Shown here piece after piece: positions 26,744 to 40,834 of a stretch of 64,000 bases of DNA. Every line of letters starts with the position of its first letter. Position 1 is the stretch's first letter. This DNA is from Octopus vulgaris (taxonomy: Eukaryota): the NCBI GenBank assembly GCA_951406725.2, contig OX597824.1:16182001-16246000 (forward strand), read 5' to 3'. A program made the translations under genes and the position numbers. The notes below the pieces were generated by a model. It was not told the DNA's origin. It did no database searches and worked only from the letters and a program-made list of their open reading frames with translations.

Positions 26744-26864
26744 TATATATGTATGTATATGTATATGCATATGTGTGTGTGCGTGTGGATGTGTGTGTGA
26801 ATAAATATTCAAATGAATATTTATATAGATATTATTACTATTATTATTAGCAGCAAAATAAATA

Positions 26865-27025
<161 letters not shown>

Positions 27026-27428
27026 TTTATATAAGTGGTCAGCGAGCAATTATACCGATAAAGGTCAAATCCATAAATTATATAATTAATTTATAATTAT
27101 AATTGAAGGTACACGAAGTACCAGCTTGCTAAAGATAAGAGTAAAAGATCCACTAATAAGCCGCCATTTCACTGAAAGCATAACAGACCAACTGAAATCG
27201 AGCTACGTGCAAAGTGGGATCTGCTAATGAGAATTAAGAAATATCAAAATTCAAATTCTTATGATACAGGTATATTTTTCTTTAGTCTTTGGCTATCAGC
27301 CGAGATAATAAGTTTTAACTTCTGAGCTCGTTGCTCTACATACATACATACATACATACATACATACATACATACATACATACATACATACATACATACA
27401 TACATACATACAAACATACACACACAAA

Positions 27429-27469
<41 letters not shown>

Positions 27470-28341
27470 AAGTTTTAGTACAAGTAGAACATTTTTGGGG
27501 CAACGCTTTTTACGTGTGTGTGTGTGTTTGTGTGTGTACATTCGTATATACACGTGTACACACACACATACGCACTCACACATTAATATACATAAAAGCA
27601 ATTTTCAAGGGTAGCACTAGAAAACCGATGTTCGTTTTAAGAGATCGCACGTAGATCCATTATATACCGTATCAAATATTCACGCCCATTCGCACACTCA
27701 GACACACACACACACACACACTGACACCGGCATAAACATATATACAAACATACTACGCAAGTAGAGGATTATTGTGAAGTTGGTACCTGAGAGATCGATA
27801 TATATTGATGGATGGGCAGATATGAGCTAATATGAAAAATAAATTATAAACAAAACAAACAAACAAGAGGCAAACAAATTAGTATTACTTTATTTAATAT
27901 GAAGGAGATGCAAATGATAAAGGGAAAGAATACAGATGGAAATTGATGGAATGAAACAAATGAAGGAAAGAAGGAAAGAATATAAGGAGTGGGAGGAAGA
28001 TTTAAGAATGTGTGGGGGAAAGCGGTGGAGGCAGATACAGAGAAGCCGGAGTGTTTTTAGTGGGAGTACGAATAATTTATGAAGAACGAATGGCAATCAT
28101 GTGTCAAAATGGATTGGAAAGCTTCGTGATTGAGTCATTAAAAGTGATCGAATCAATGGCTATCGTACGTCACTTGCTGAACAAAATTGCTTTGATCACC
28201 AGCCACATGCAAACATGAATACAAACAAACGTACAGGCATACAGGTATATCTACCTGCATACTTACCTGCGTGTCTGCATACCTACCTGTATGCATACAC
28301 ATTCATAGATGTACCTGCATATATATATATATATATGAAAA

Positions 28342-28570
28342 GGCGGCGAGCTGGCAGAAACGTTAGCACGCCGGGTGAAATGCTAAGCGGTATTTCGTCT
28401 GTCGTTACGTTCTGAGTTCAAATTCCGCCGAGGTCGACTTTGCCTTTCATCCTTTCGGGGTCGATAAATAAAGTACCAGTTACGCACTGGGGTCGATGTA
28501 ATCGACTTAATCCCTTTGTCTGTCCTTGTTTGTCCCCTCTGTCTTTAGCCCCTTGTGGGTAGTAAAGAAA
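28342..28570 (+). mobile_element. SINE family S1, full-length monomer
   Basis: Complete head-to-tail copy between (TA)n tracts. Confidence 0.93.
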
Positions 28571-28770
28571 AATATATATATATATATATATATATATACG
28601 TACACATATTCATAAATGTATATATATATATATATATATATGCATACACACATACATCCATGTATATATATATGTGTCTGTGTGCACATACATGTATACA
28701 CGCACACACATATATACACACATCCACATATAGCTATATGTATAATGTGTATACGTATATATGTGCATGC

Positions 28771-28847
<77 letters not shown>

Positions 28848-29076
28848 CAAAATGGGACAAGAACGCAAAACATCCGGCAGCTAGGTGATACAAAAAGGGA
28901 CAACAAGACATCCAGATAGTCAATACAAAGAAAACAAGGAAGGGTCATTCGAAGTTTTCTTTTCTCTGTCAAGCAGCATATGTATATATATATTTATATA
29001 TATATTCACATATGTACATATGTATAAATATAAGTACACACACACATGCAACCCCACATATACATACATAAATACA

Positions 29077-29153
<77 letters not shown>

Positions 29154-30071
29154 AGGTATGTATGTATGTATGTATGTATGTATGTATATATATATATGTG
29201 TATAGAAAGAGAGACACAGAAACACATCAACATCATCATAAGGAAGATGTAAATCAAAAGTAACAACAAGAACAACAACAACCTCAGTAATTGTAGATGT
29301 AACAAGTCCGCCAACGCTATTAGTAACAAAAACTACGACCACTACGACCGCCATCACTACGACCACCAACACCACCACCACCACCACCACAACTTCAACA
29401 AAGATTACAAAGATATTTGTTCATCAATATCTTTCATTTTTCTCAGCTAATACTAACACATACACACACACACACACATAGAGAAACACACACACACACA
29501 CACTCACACACACACACACACACACACAGACAGACGCACACACACACACAGAGAAACACACAAAGACGTATTAGCGCAAATTAGTCCCGATCAAATAGTT
29601 TGATAGATTAGTAGAATTAGCTCTTAATTCCTCTAATTTGTCGCTATTCAAATATAGTAATTACCAATATCTTCAGCCATCTCACCGCCGCCGCCACCGC
29701 CGCCGCCACCGCCGCCGCCACCGCCGCCGCCATCCACTCTCTAAACTCTCTGTCTCTATCATTCGCTATTATCTCTCAACTATCTTCCACAACACCCAAG
29801 TCCCCGCCAGCCCGCCCCTTCCACCTCGTCATTCCTCCCTCTTTCTCTTTGTCTCTTTGTCCATTCTCGTTCTGTGTTACTCTCAATACGTGTCTCCTTC
29901 GGTCACCGATTACTGTTCACTTTATCAGTCTTGTATGTGTGAAATCGTTTATATTATTCATATGTATAGAGTGACAATCAGTCTTTATCCGCGTGACCCT
30001 GATAACTCTGGCATTTTTTCAAACACGTACGACAAGCTTAAAGGTTGGGTTCTATACAGTTCTCGCTCAAA

Positions 30072-30437
30072 GGCGGCGAGCTGGCAGAAACGTTAGCACG
30101 CCGGGCGAAATACTCAGCGGTATTTCGTCTGCCGTTACGTTCTGAGTTCAAATTCCGCCGAGGTTTTCTTTGCCTTTGTTCCTTTCGGGGTCGATAAATT
30201 AAGTACCAGTCAAGCACTGGAGTTGATGTAATTGACTTAATCCGTTTGTCTGTCCTTGTTTGTCTCCTCTGTGTTTAGCCCCTTGTGGGTAGTAAAGAAA
30301 TAGGTATTTCGTCTGCCGTTACGTTCTGAGTTCAAATTCCGTCGAGGTAGGCTTTGCTTTTCATCCTTTCGGGGTCGATTAAATAAGTAACAGTTACGCA
30401 CTGGGATCGATATAATTGACTTAATCCATTTGTCTGT
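30072..30437 (+). mobile_element. SINE family S1 dimer (full unit plus head-less second unit)
   Basis: tatttcgtctgccgttacg recurs at 30121 and 30305 (period 184); junction GAAATA-GG-TATTTC. Confidence 0.92.
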
Positions 30438-30534
30438 GATTCCAACTCGCAACACTAGTGTAATGGGATCATACCGAGCTGTGCCGATATATATTCCATC
30501 AGTGGGTCATTATTATTGTTATTATTATTATATA

Positions 30535-30585
<51 letters not shown>

Positions 30586-31130
30586 GAGTGAGAGAGCAGT
30601 GCATGCCATCAAAGTGATACTGGCGTAAAATATACAAAGCCCAGTATACCCATCATGACTACCTGTCTGATAAGGGAACACCAGGCACATGCATCACAAC
30701 CATATATGCGTGACATGGTGGTCTCATCTCATATCAAGATTAACAGCGCATGGCGTTACAGGTGAAGCTCAATTGGAATTTTCTTCTGGTTGAGTAGCCC
30801 ATCCCTGAATAAGGGTTGTTTAAGGATGTTGAACGAAACACCGATGTTTCCGAAGGTGAATTATCCAAACGCCAAAGAATTCCTCACAACACATGGCTAT
30901 GATGCTCCCCCACTATTTCTGTTCGTGATCAGAGATGCACATATCGTCAGCCACTTAGGGAGATGGTCAACTGGGTAAGGTCAAGCAACTGACACACAAA
31001 TCTGTGGTGCTGAGCAGAATATTTGTTGTAGTCCATGTTTTATACCAAGACAAAACGATGTACATGATAACACCTCCAATCAGTTAAGATAAGAAGCCAT
31101 GAGAGTCACTGCTTGGTACTGCATCAGGGC
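30586..31130 (-). mobile_element. 545-bp non-coding element embedded in (TAA)n
   Basis: Sharp boundaries with (ATT)n on both sides; second copy at 20421-20760; no long ORF, TIR or tRNA head seen. Strand inferred from repeat polarity. Confidence 0.8.
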
Positions 31131-31152
31131 ATTATTATTATTATTATTATTA

Positions 31153-31190
<38 letters not shown>

Positions 31191-31400
31191 AGGTGACATG
31201 CAGGCAGAATCATTAACACGCTGGACGAAATGCTTAGCGGTATTTCAGCCGTCGCTACGTTCTGTGTTGAAATCCCGAGGACTTTGCCTTTCATCCTTTC
31301 GGGGTCGACAAATTAAGTACCAGTGAAATACTGGGGGCCGATGAAATCGTATAGTCTCCTCTTTTAAATGTCAGGCATTGTGCCATAATAGAAAGGATTA
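31191..31400 (+). mobile_element. SINE family S1, diverged, alternative tail
   Basis: gcagaatcattaacacgctggacgaaatgcttagcgg...gcctttcatcctttcggggtcgac. Confidence 0.8.
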
Positions 31401-31657
31401 TTATTATTATACATTCAACGGCGTTGCCCCTGCACGGCCCCACCTTCGAGCTGAAACCGATAAAAGAAAAAAATTACATATATATATGTATGTATATCTC
31501 TCTTCCTCTCTCCCCCTCTCTCTCTCCCTCTCTCAATTAAAAGGTAAAAAATGGAAATAAAGAATGAGAGAGAGAGAGAGAGAGAGAGAGAGTAAGAGAC
31601 TGGGAGACAGAAAAAAACAAAGACAGAGAATTAGTGAGAGAACGACTGAGTGAGAAG

Positions 31658-31817
31658 TGAGTGGCTGTGTCGTAAGTAGCTTACCAACCACATGTTTCTG
31701 GGTTCAGTCCCACTGCGTGGCACCTTGTGCAGGTGTCTTATACTATATATAGCCTAGGCTCGACCAAATCCTTGTGAGTGGATTTCGTTGACGGAAACTA
31801 AAAGTAACCCGTCGTAT
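31658..31817 (+). mobile_element. SINE family S2, 5' half
   Basis: gagtggctgtgtcgtaagtagc...gggttcagtcccactgcgtggcacc. Confidence 0.85.
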
Positions 31818-31824
31818 ATATGTA

Positions 31825-31897
<73 letters not shown>

Positions 31898-31898
31898 G

Positions 31899-31950
<52 letters not shown>

Positions 31951-32029
31951 TAATAAATAAAACAAAACATATGCATATATATAAACATATATGTACGTAC
32001 CTACCTCTACATGTACATATACACGCATA

Positions 32030-32206
32030 TATGAGTACAGGACACCAAAAGGACGTCGAACACAATGAGAAACGAAAACATAGACACAAACCAAAGGAAC
32101 TGGACATTTTTTTAAAAACAGCAAAAAAATAGAGTACAAGACAATTAACACAAAGAAAAAACCCCTTCTTCAGTCGCTAAATGTTTCATCTACTCTACGT
32201 TTCAAA

Positions 32207-32210
<4 letters not shown>
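32030..32210 (-). mobile_element. Family C short element in (TA)n
   Basis: Minus strand atcctttGAAAcgtagagtagatgaaacatttagcgaCTGAAGAaggggt. Confidence 0.6.
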
Positions 32211-32264
<54 letters not shown>

Positions 32265-32820
32265 GAGTGGCTTCTTTTAGTTTATATTTTAGTTTACATA
32301 TATATATATGTAAGTATATATGTATTTGTGTGTCTGTCTTTGTCTCCCCACCATTGCTTGACAACCACAATGACAATGACGACGACGACGATAACGATAA
32401 CGTCGATGATGATGATGATGATGATAATAATGATAAGGAGTTGATGAACAAGTGGTAACCTGTCGGCATATCTCAACTATCGAACACTTCAGCTGCGTGA
32501 CAGTGTAAACACGCGTGTAGAAAACTGAGGAGAGAAAAGAAACGGCAGGGTTAGATTAGTATTAACTGAAATGGATATTAAATAACAGAATGTTCCGTAC
32601 TCATCAAAACTGCATCAATTTATATGATTCAGCATCAATAACCATGGCAAATTTCCTTGATAGGACAATAACTAGAGATGCTACCGAACAGAACGAAAGA
32701 GATGTATATTACAAGTAAACACATTTACGATTATCGATCTCTGCCGATGATGATATCGAGCAGTGTTAAAGTTCTTTGTACATCTGACTACCAGGAGATT
32801 TTATATTTTGCGACACAAAA

Positions 32821-32878
<58 letters not shown>

Positions 32879-33419
32879 GTTTTGCAAGCGTTATAGACTA
32901 ATAGACAAATCAATGCGTTCGATCCTAAACTAGGTATTTATTAACAGCCAAGCCACGGTACGCATTGGTCAGAACTGGGCTGGTAGACCCGGTAGACCCG
33001 TGAGACCCATGAGACCCGTGAGATCTCGAGAAAATGCTGAATGTGCCCAAGCCTTAAGGCAATGCGCTGGACACACACACACACACATGCATACACACAC
33101 ACACACACACACACATACACACACACGTCGCTCAGATTAGTACACAAATGAGAAAAGTACAGATTCATATAATCATGTTCGAATGTCTACATCTGCTTCT
33201 TCTATTTCTATGTGAGCAGCTAGAACTAGCTGAGGGACAGAGCAATAATTTCCTCAGAACCAAAGCGTTTATTGCAGCAATCATACCAAATCCACGCACA
33301 AAGCTTTGGTTGACTCGAGAATATGGTGGAAGGCACTTGCCCAAGGATCCACGCTGGAGGCCTAAACTATGTATAAATATATGTACATACCTACATATAT
33401 ATGTATATATACATGCATA

Positions 33420-33555
33420 TATGCGTACAGGATATCAAAACAAAAACGTTGAACACAATGAGAAACGAAAACATAAAAACAAAAACATAGAAACGAGACA
33501 TACAACATAAAGAATATTCCCCTTCTTCAGTTGTCCCTGTTTCAACTACTCCACG

Positions 33556-33560
<5 letters not shown>
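33420..33560 (-). mobile_element. Family C short element in (TA)n
   Basis: Close match to 9720-9899; minus strand GAAAcgtggagtagttgaaacagggacaaCTGAAGAagggg. Confidence 0.65.
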
Positions 33561-33607
<47 letters not shown>

Positions 33608-33659
33608 AGTATAGGAAAGAATGGAGCTGAACGAAGATTTAACAAAATTCCTTTATTTT

Positions 33660-33745
33660 ATTTTCGACATATGTTTCGAAGTCTGCAAAATCCCTAATTC
33701 CGAATGAATAAGGAGTCCATTATGCAGCTTTCTCTTCAGGAAAAT
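33660..33745 (-). ncRNA. Type I hammerhead ribozyme, canonical core, palindromic stem III
   Basis: ATTTTC-CTGAAGA-GAAAGCTGCA...TGCAGACTTC-GAAA-CATATG-TC-GAAAAT; 6-bp stem I and a GUC cleavage triplet. Confidence 0.88.
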
Positions 33746-33904
33746 CCAGGAACTTCTTTCGCCAACAAAATGCACAACAAGTTTTTAGATGACTGCTCAC
33801 AGAGGCGCAGAAGTGGCTGTATGGTAATTAGTTTGCTTACCAATCACGTGGCTCTGGGTTCAGTCCCACTGCGCGGCACCTTGGGCAACTGTTCCCTACT
33901 ATGA

Positions 33905-34207
33905 GCATGTCTAGATATGCAACTATATGCATGGGAATACACGCAAATCTGCACATACATACATACATACAAACAAAAATACCCTGTTGATGATGTTGAA
34001 ATTCCAATGAAGGTGGCTTGGATCTAGGTTAGACACTGGTTCTTTCTCTATTGACAAGAAATCTTGAAAAGAACTTAATAATGACATACAAAAATACCCT
34101 GTTGTTGATGTTAAAATTGAAACGAAAGAGGCTTGGATCTTGGTTAGAAACCGATTCTTTCTCTATTGGCAAGAAATCTTGAAATAAAATTTAATAATGA
34201 CATACAT
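33905..34207 (+). repeat. Dispersed repeat family H, two tandem ~115-bp units
   Basis: aaaataccctgttg...ttggatct.ggttaga.ac.g.ttctttctctattg.caagaaatcttgaaa...aataatgacataca twice; another copy at 46060-46285. Confidence 0.85.
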
Positions 34208-34538
34208 ATACTCTATGTGTCTTATACAGACCGGCTGGAAATCTAAGGACTTAAATCTCAGAGAAAAACATACGTAGAAATATCACATATTTCAGACGTT
34301 TGTACATAACATACGTTATTACAGTCACACAAATACACTGACACGCATACACACAGACTCACAAGCGTGCACACACACACACGTGTGTGAGTGTGTGTGT
34401 GTGTGTATGCATGTGCGTGGGTGTTTATGAATCTAAAAGACAGTGCGGAAGAGAAGTGGGTGTATGCCTGCAAAAGACAATATGATTAGTTGCCAGGCAA
34501 GCAAAGATAGCAAGAGAGAAAGAGATAGATAGATAGAT

Positions 34539-34578
<40 letters not shown>

Positions 34579-34689
34579 ATATAGAGAGAGAGCATTTCTT
34601 TACTCTGATGTGGTTTGGTAAATTCTAGAACAAACAATTGAGTAATGTCGTCACAAATAAATGCATTTCGATTATGTATTTATTTTAAT

Positions 34690-34771
34690 ATTCTTATTGT
34701 CATCATCATCACCACAATCATTATCATTACCATTATTATTATTATTATTATTATTATTATCATCATCATCA

Positions 34772-34811
<40 letters not shown>

Positions 34812-34828
34812 CATTATTATTATTATTA

Positions 34829-34859
<31 letters not shown>

Positions 34860-34861
34860 CA

Positions 34862-34895
<34 letters not shown>

Positions 34896-34960
34896 CATTA
34901 TTATTATTATTATTATTATTATCATTATTATTATTATTATCATCATTATTATTATTATTA

Positions 34961-34991
<31 letters not shown>

Positions 34992-34993
34992 CA

Positions 34994-35048
<55 letters not shown>

Positions 35049-35168
35049 CATTATTATTATTATTATCATCATCATCATTATTATTAATAGTATTATTATT
35101 ATCATCATCATCATTATCATTATCATCATCATCATCATCATCATCATCTATCATCATCACCATCATCA

Positions 35169-35259
<91 letters not shown>

Positions 35260-35270
35260 CATTACTACTA
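34690..35270. repeat. (ATT)n/(ATC)n compound microsatellite
   Basis: Direct reading. Confidence 0.95.
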
Positions 35271-35704
35271 TATTCTGTTCTTTAAATTTCCAATATACAT
35301 TAATTATTACTTGCTTCCTAACATTATGACCGATGTGTTTCGTTCTTGTTTTTTCGTGTTGTATCTATTGTTATTGTTGTAGTTGTCGATACTTTTATTG
35401 TTGTTGTTGATGTTGTTGTTGCTGTTGTTATAATTTTATATTCTATACATTAAGCATCTTTCAGTTTTAGCTTGATGGCGGTACACACACATATTTAAAT
35501 GCGAACGTACATATGTAGAGATACACACAATCAGACGAAACTACATTCATACAGACACACACACACACTCAGACAAATATATATGCATATATGTATATAT
35601 ATACATATATATATATACATATATAAAATATATATATATATATATGTATATAAATATATATACGTATATGTATATAAATATATATACGTATATGTATATA
35701 TATG

Positions 35705-35770
<66 letters not shown>

Positions 35771-36047
35771 TATATTTATATATATATATATTGTATGTAT
35801 TATCGACATACAATATATGGGCGGCTCGTTCGAGTAGGACGTGTTGGTAGGATTTGATCCGGTTCCTCGTGAAATGCCCTCGTCTATGTCTGCGACGGAA
35901 CATCAAATCGGCATGGCTAAGGCTCTAATTTTCTCTATCGGATTATCGTTGAAAGAAAAATACTTTGAGGTCAAGTAGGATTTAATAGGGAACCGTAATC
36001 TTTCCCTTTTCTCATTGACATTAAACTTTATTACTATCATCATCATC

Positions 36048-36136
<89 letters not shown>

Positions 36137-36591
36137 TTGATGCAATACATATATATATATGAATGTGTATGAGCATATATATATATATACACATATATAT
36201 GTGTGTGTGTGTGTGTGAGTGTGTATTAATATGTATGTGTGCGTGTAATAGCCTACGTATGTGTGTTTTCTGTTTTCATTTACAATATGAAACTTAATGG
36301 AGGTCTTTTTTTGTCTTATCTTCTGTTGTTAATTTGGGTTTTTGTTTTGTATGTTGGGTTTCTTATAATTTTGAAGTGTTTTCCGTATTTTACCTCCGCC
36401 CATGACATCCCCTTTTACATCTGTTGTTTTCCTTCTGCCATTTTTTTTCTTTTATTATTTCTAATTCGTATTTTATTTTCTCCCCTTCTTTTTCTTCTGT
36501 TTATTTCAGACGATCTTATATGTACACGCACACGTTATATATCTATATATGTGGTTACATATGTATGTTTGTATGCAGGTATGTATGTACA

Positions 36592-36675
<84 letters not shown>

Positions 36676-36831
36676 ACACAAATATATATACATAAGCAGT
36701 GACATTAGACATATTCATATGTAACTGTGTGGGTGTGATATGTATACATATGTATATATACAGTATATATATGTATATATATATATATATATATATGTCA
36801 CACATATTATATGTAACTAGATGTAGGTGTG

Positions 36832-36883
<52 letters not shown>

Positions 36884-36945
36884 ACTAACATAGATCCGTG
36901 TATGCGTACACGAATGGATGCAGATGCGGATGTACATGTAGGTTT

Positions 36946-36979
<34 letters not shown>

Positions 36980-37139
36980 CGTGTCATGTGTATGGTTATG
37001 TATACATGTAGGATTTTAAAGCCGAGCGGAGAGATTGCTGAGGGCTGTCAGCGAGCAGAGAATAATAGTATAATACTCCATAGCTACCACTTCATCATTC
37101 ACTGGAGCAGAAATGTTTCATCTGAGAAGTCATCAACGA

Positions 37140-38917
37140 TGGTGGTAGCGGTGGTGGTGACGGTGGTGGTGGTGATGGTGCTGTTTATGATGCTGTTTTT
37201 GTTGTTTTTTGGTGTTGTTGTTGGTGGTGATGATGGTGGTGTGCGTGACCGTGGTGGTAACATGATGCTGAGGCGGCTGTAATGATGTCGGTGGTGCTGT
37301 TGGTGGCATGATGATGTTGCTCGCTCTGCTGATGGCGGTGGCGTTGACATGATGGTTGCGGTGGTGATGCTGGTCGTGACAGTGGTAGTCGTAGTAGCTG
37401 TGGTAGTTGTCGTGATAACGTTGATAGAGGTGGGAATCACGGTAAGGGTACTAGTAGTAGTGGTGGTGGCATGAGAGTGGCGATGGTAGTATAGGTTACA
37501 GTAAACATTAGTGGTGGTTCAGGTGGTAGCACGGCAGTCATTGTTATCGAGTCGGTGACACTAATGGTAGAAGGTATGGTGTTGGTGGTAGTTGTGGAGG
37601 TTATGCCGGTTGTAGTATTGTTGTAGTTGCTGTTATTGGTGGTGGTGGTAGTGACGGTTGCAGAGGTAGTATTAATTGTATTGGTAGCGATGTCTTGGTG
37701 ATGGTACATAATGGTAGAAGGTATGGTGTTGGTGGTAGTTGTGGAGGTTATGCCGGTTGTAGTATTGTTGTAGTTGCTGTTATTAGTGGTGGTGGTAGTA
37801 TCGATGATAGTAGTGTTGATATCTGCTCTGGTATTGGTGGTGGTAGTGGTTGTGGTAGTGGTGGTGGTGGAAGTGGTGGTGATAGTAATGATGGTGGTTG
37901 TGGTGACGGTGATAGTGGTAATGGTGGTAGTGGTGGTGGTGATGTCAGCACTTGTGGTAGTGGTGGTGGTGGTGGTGGTTGTGATGGTAGTGATGGTGAT
38001 AATGGTGGTTGAGGTGATGGTAATAGTGGTGCTGGTGGTAGTGGTCGTGGTGGTGGTCGAAGTAGTGGTGATGGTGATGATGGTGGTTGTGGTGACGGTG
38101 ATAGTGGTAATGGTGGTAGTGGTGGTGGTGGTGGGAACTAGCTGCTGTAACGGTAGTGGTGATGTCGGCAGTTGTGGTAGTGGTGGTGGTGGTGGTGGTT
38201 GTGATGGTAGTGATGGTGATAATGGTGGTTGTGGTCGTGGTAATAGTGGAACTAGCTGTTGTGGTGGAAGTGGAACTAGCTGTTGTATCGGTGGTGGTGG
38301 TCGCGGCAGTTGAGGGTCGTGACGGTGGTAGTGGTGATGATGGTGTTGGTGTTGGTGGTGGTGTTGGTGGTATGGTCTGCGTTAGTTGTGGGTATAGTGA
38401 CTGTGGTAGAGGCACTGTTAGTGTAGGTGGTAGTGGGCACGGCAGTGGCTGGGGGTTAATGGGGGAAAATGGCTGTTAATCAGTAGGGTTGAGCCGATGA
38501 CATGCCACTGACTGGATCTAAAACCCGAGGGAGCAGTAGTCAGCCTTGGTTGACAATAGGCGGAACGATTACTATCTTCATTGAGGAAGAAAATGAAATA
38601 CATTCAGTTGGAAAGTGAAGAGGATGGAGAGGAGGGAGAAGACGGGAAGGGGGAGAGGAAAAGATGGTGGAGGAGGGGAAAGGAGAAGAAAGAGAAGAAG
38701 AGGGGGAGGTATAAGAAGGGCGGAAATGATGAAGACGACGCTCATGATGCTGAGGATGGTGGTGGTGGTGATGATGATGATGATGATGATGATGATGAGG
38801 AGGAGGAGGATAGGATGATGCTGCTGCTGCTGATGAAGACGCTGATGATGATAATGATGATGATGATGATGATGAGGAGGAGGAGGATGATGATGCTGCT
38901 GCTGCTGATGAAGACGC

Positions 38918-38963
<46 letters not shown>

Positions 38964-39043
38964 AATGATGACGACGATGATGATGACGATGATGATGATG
39001 ATGAAGAGGAGGGGGGAGAGAATAAGGATGAGAATGACGATGA

Positions 39044-39077
<34 letters not shown>

Positions 39078-39130
39078 GGTGGTGGTGGCGGCGGCGGTGA
39101 TGGTGGATGATAGCGAAGAACAAGCTGAAG
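37140..39130. repeat. Degenerate (GGT)n/(GAT)n/(GAG)n low-complexity region with local duplications
   Basis: Direct reading; a ~75-bp block is repeated near 37562 and 37709. Confidence 0.9.
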
Positions 39131-39359
39131 AAGAGGAAACGAATAAATAACGAACGAAAATAATGAATGAAATTATAATCCACGGAAGAAACATCAAACC
39201 ACTCCAACACAATAAAAAAACATCAATATGTATGTGTGTGTGTGTGTGTGTGTATGTATATGTATGTGTGTGTATATATGTATGTATGTGTGCGTGTGCA
39301 TGTGTGTATATGTATGTGTGTGTATGTTTATGTGTGTATATATGTATATGTATGTGTGT

Positions 39360-39768
39360 ATACTCTTACTCTTTTACTCTTTTACTTGTTTCAGTCATTT
39401 GACTGCGGCCATGCTGGAGCACCGCCTTTAATCGAGCAATTCGATCCCGGGACTTATTATTTTGTAAGCCCAGTACTTACTCTATCGGTCTCTTTTGCCG
39501 AACCGCCAAGTAACGGGGACACAAACACACCAGCACCGGCTGTCAAGCAATGCCAGGGGGGACAAACACAGACACACATACACTCATATATATATACATA
39601 TATACGACGGGCTTCTTTCAGTTTCCGTCTACCAAATCCACTCACAGAGCTTTGGTCGTCCCGAGGCTATAGTAGAAGACACTTGCCCAAGGTGTCACGC
39701 AGTGGGACTGAACCCGGAACCATGTGGTTGGTAAACAAGCTACTTACTACAGAGCCACTCCTGCGCCT
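39360..39768 (-). mobile_element. SINE family S2, full length
   Basis: Complete reverse-complement copy from (TACTCTTT)n tail to cctgcgcc head. Confidence 0.93.
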
Positions 39769-40403
39769 GTATATATATATATGTAAGTGTGCATGTATGT
39801 ATGTATGTATGTATGTATGTATGTATGTATGTATGTATGTATGTATGTATGTTTGTATGTATGTATGTGTATGTATGTATGCATGTATGTATCTATGTAT
39901 GAGTGTATGTATGTGTATATATGTATATGTATGTATGTATTTTTGTGTATGTATGTATGTACGTACGTATAGATGTGTGTGTGTGTATTTATATATGCAT
40001 TTATCTATCTGCATACATGCACAAATACACGAGCTGTGGCCATGCTGGGGCACCGCTATTTATGTGTATATATATGTATGTATGTATGTATGTATACATA
40101 TGTATATATATATATGTATGTATGCATGTGTATGTATGCATGCATGTATGTATCTATGTATGAGTATGTATGTGTATGTATGTATGTGTGTGTATGCATG
40201 AAATTTTGTGTATATATGTATGTATGTACGTATAGATGTATGTGTGTATTTATGTATGTATCTATCTATACATACATACACAAATACATATACGCATGCA
40301 TGTATATGCATACATAATACATACACATGTATATATATAATTAAAAAAACATGATAAAGACAAACTGAAGCGGAATCACGTTCTGAATGAGAGTACTATG
40401 AAG

Positions 40404-40458
<55 letters not shown>

Positions 40459-40834
40459 ACATAACGGATAATCTTCCATGATGGTGGTGGTGGAGATGGC
40501 CGTGGTGGTGGTCATTGTCGTAGCCATCATCATCGTCATCGTAGTAATGATGTTATTCTTGTTGGTGCCGTGTGTCCCCAGGTCAGTCATGATCAAGCAT
40601 TCAAATGACAATCTGGGGTTCTTTGGGGGCAACTGGGGTTGAACGACGAGGAATGGTCCGCATATCCATTGTCCTAATCGTACCATGTTATCAGCTATTT
40701 AGGACCATAGCGCAAACTACGGCGTGCAGTGATCTCTCGATTAGGGGTTAGTTGAACAGTTTGGACAAAGCGTTTCTCAACTGCCCAGCTTATTTCTAAA
40801 TATGCGTGTATATTAATAATATTTTTTATTATAA

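Noticed and set aside
37099-39212. Gly-, Thr-, His- or Val-rich ORFs resembling mucins or structural proteins
   Set aside because: Degenerate trinucleotide repeats open in several frames on both strands, with stops between blocks.
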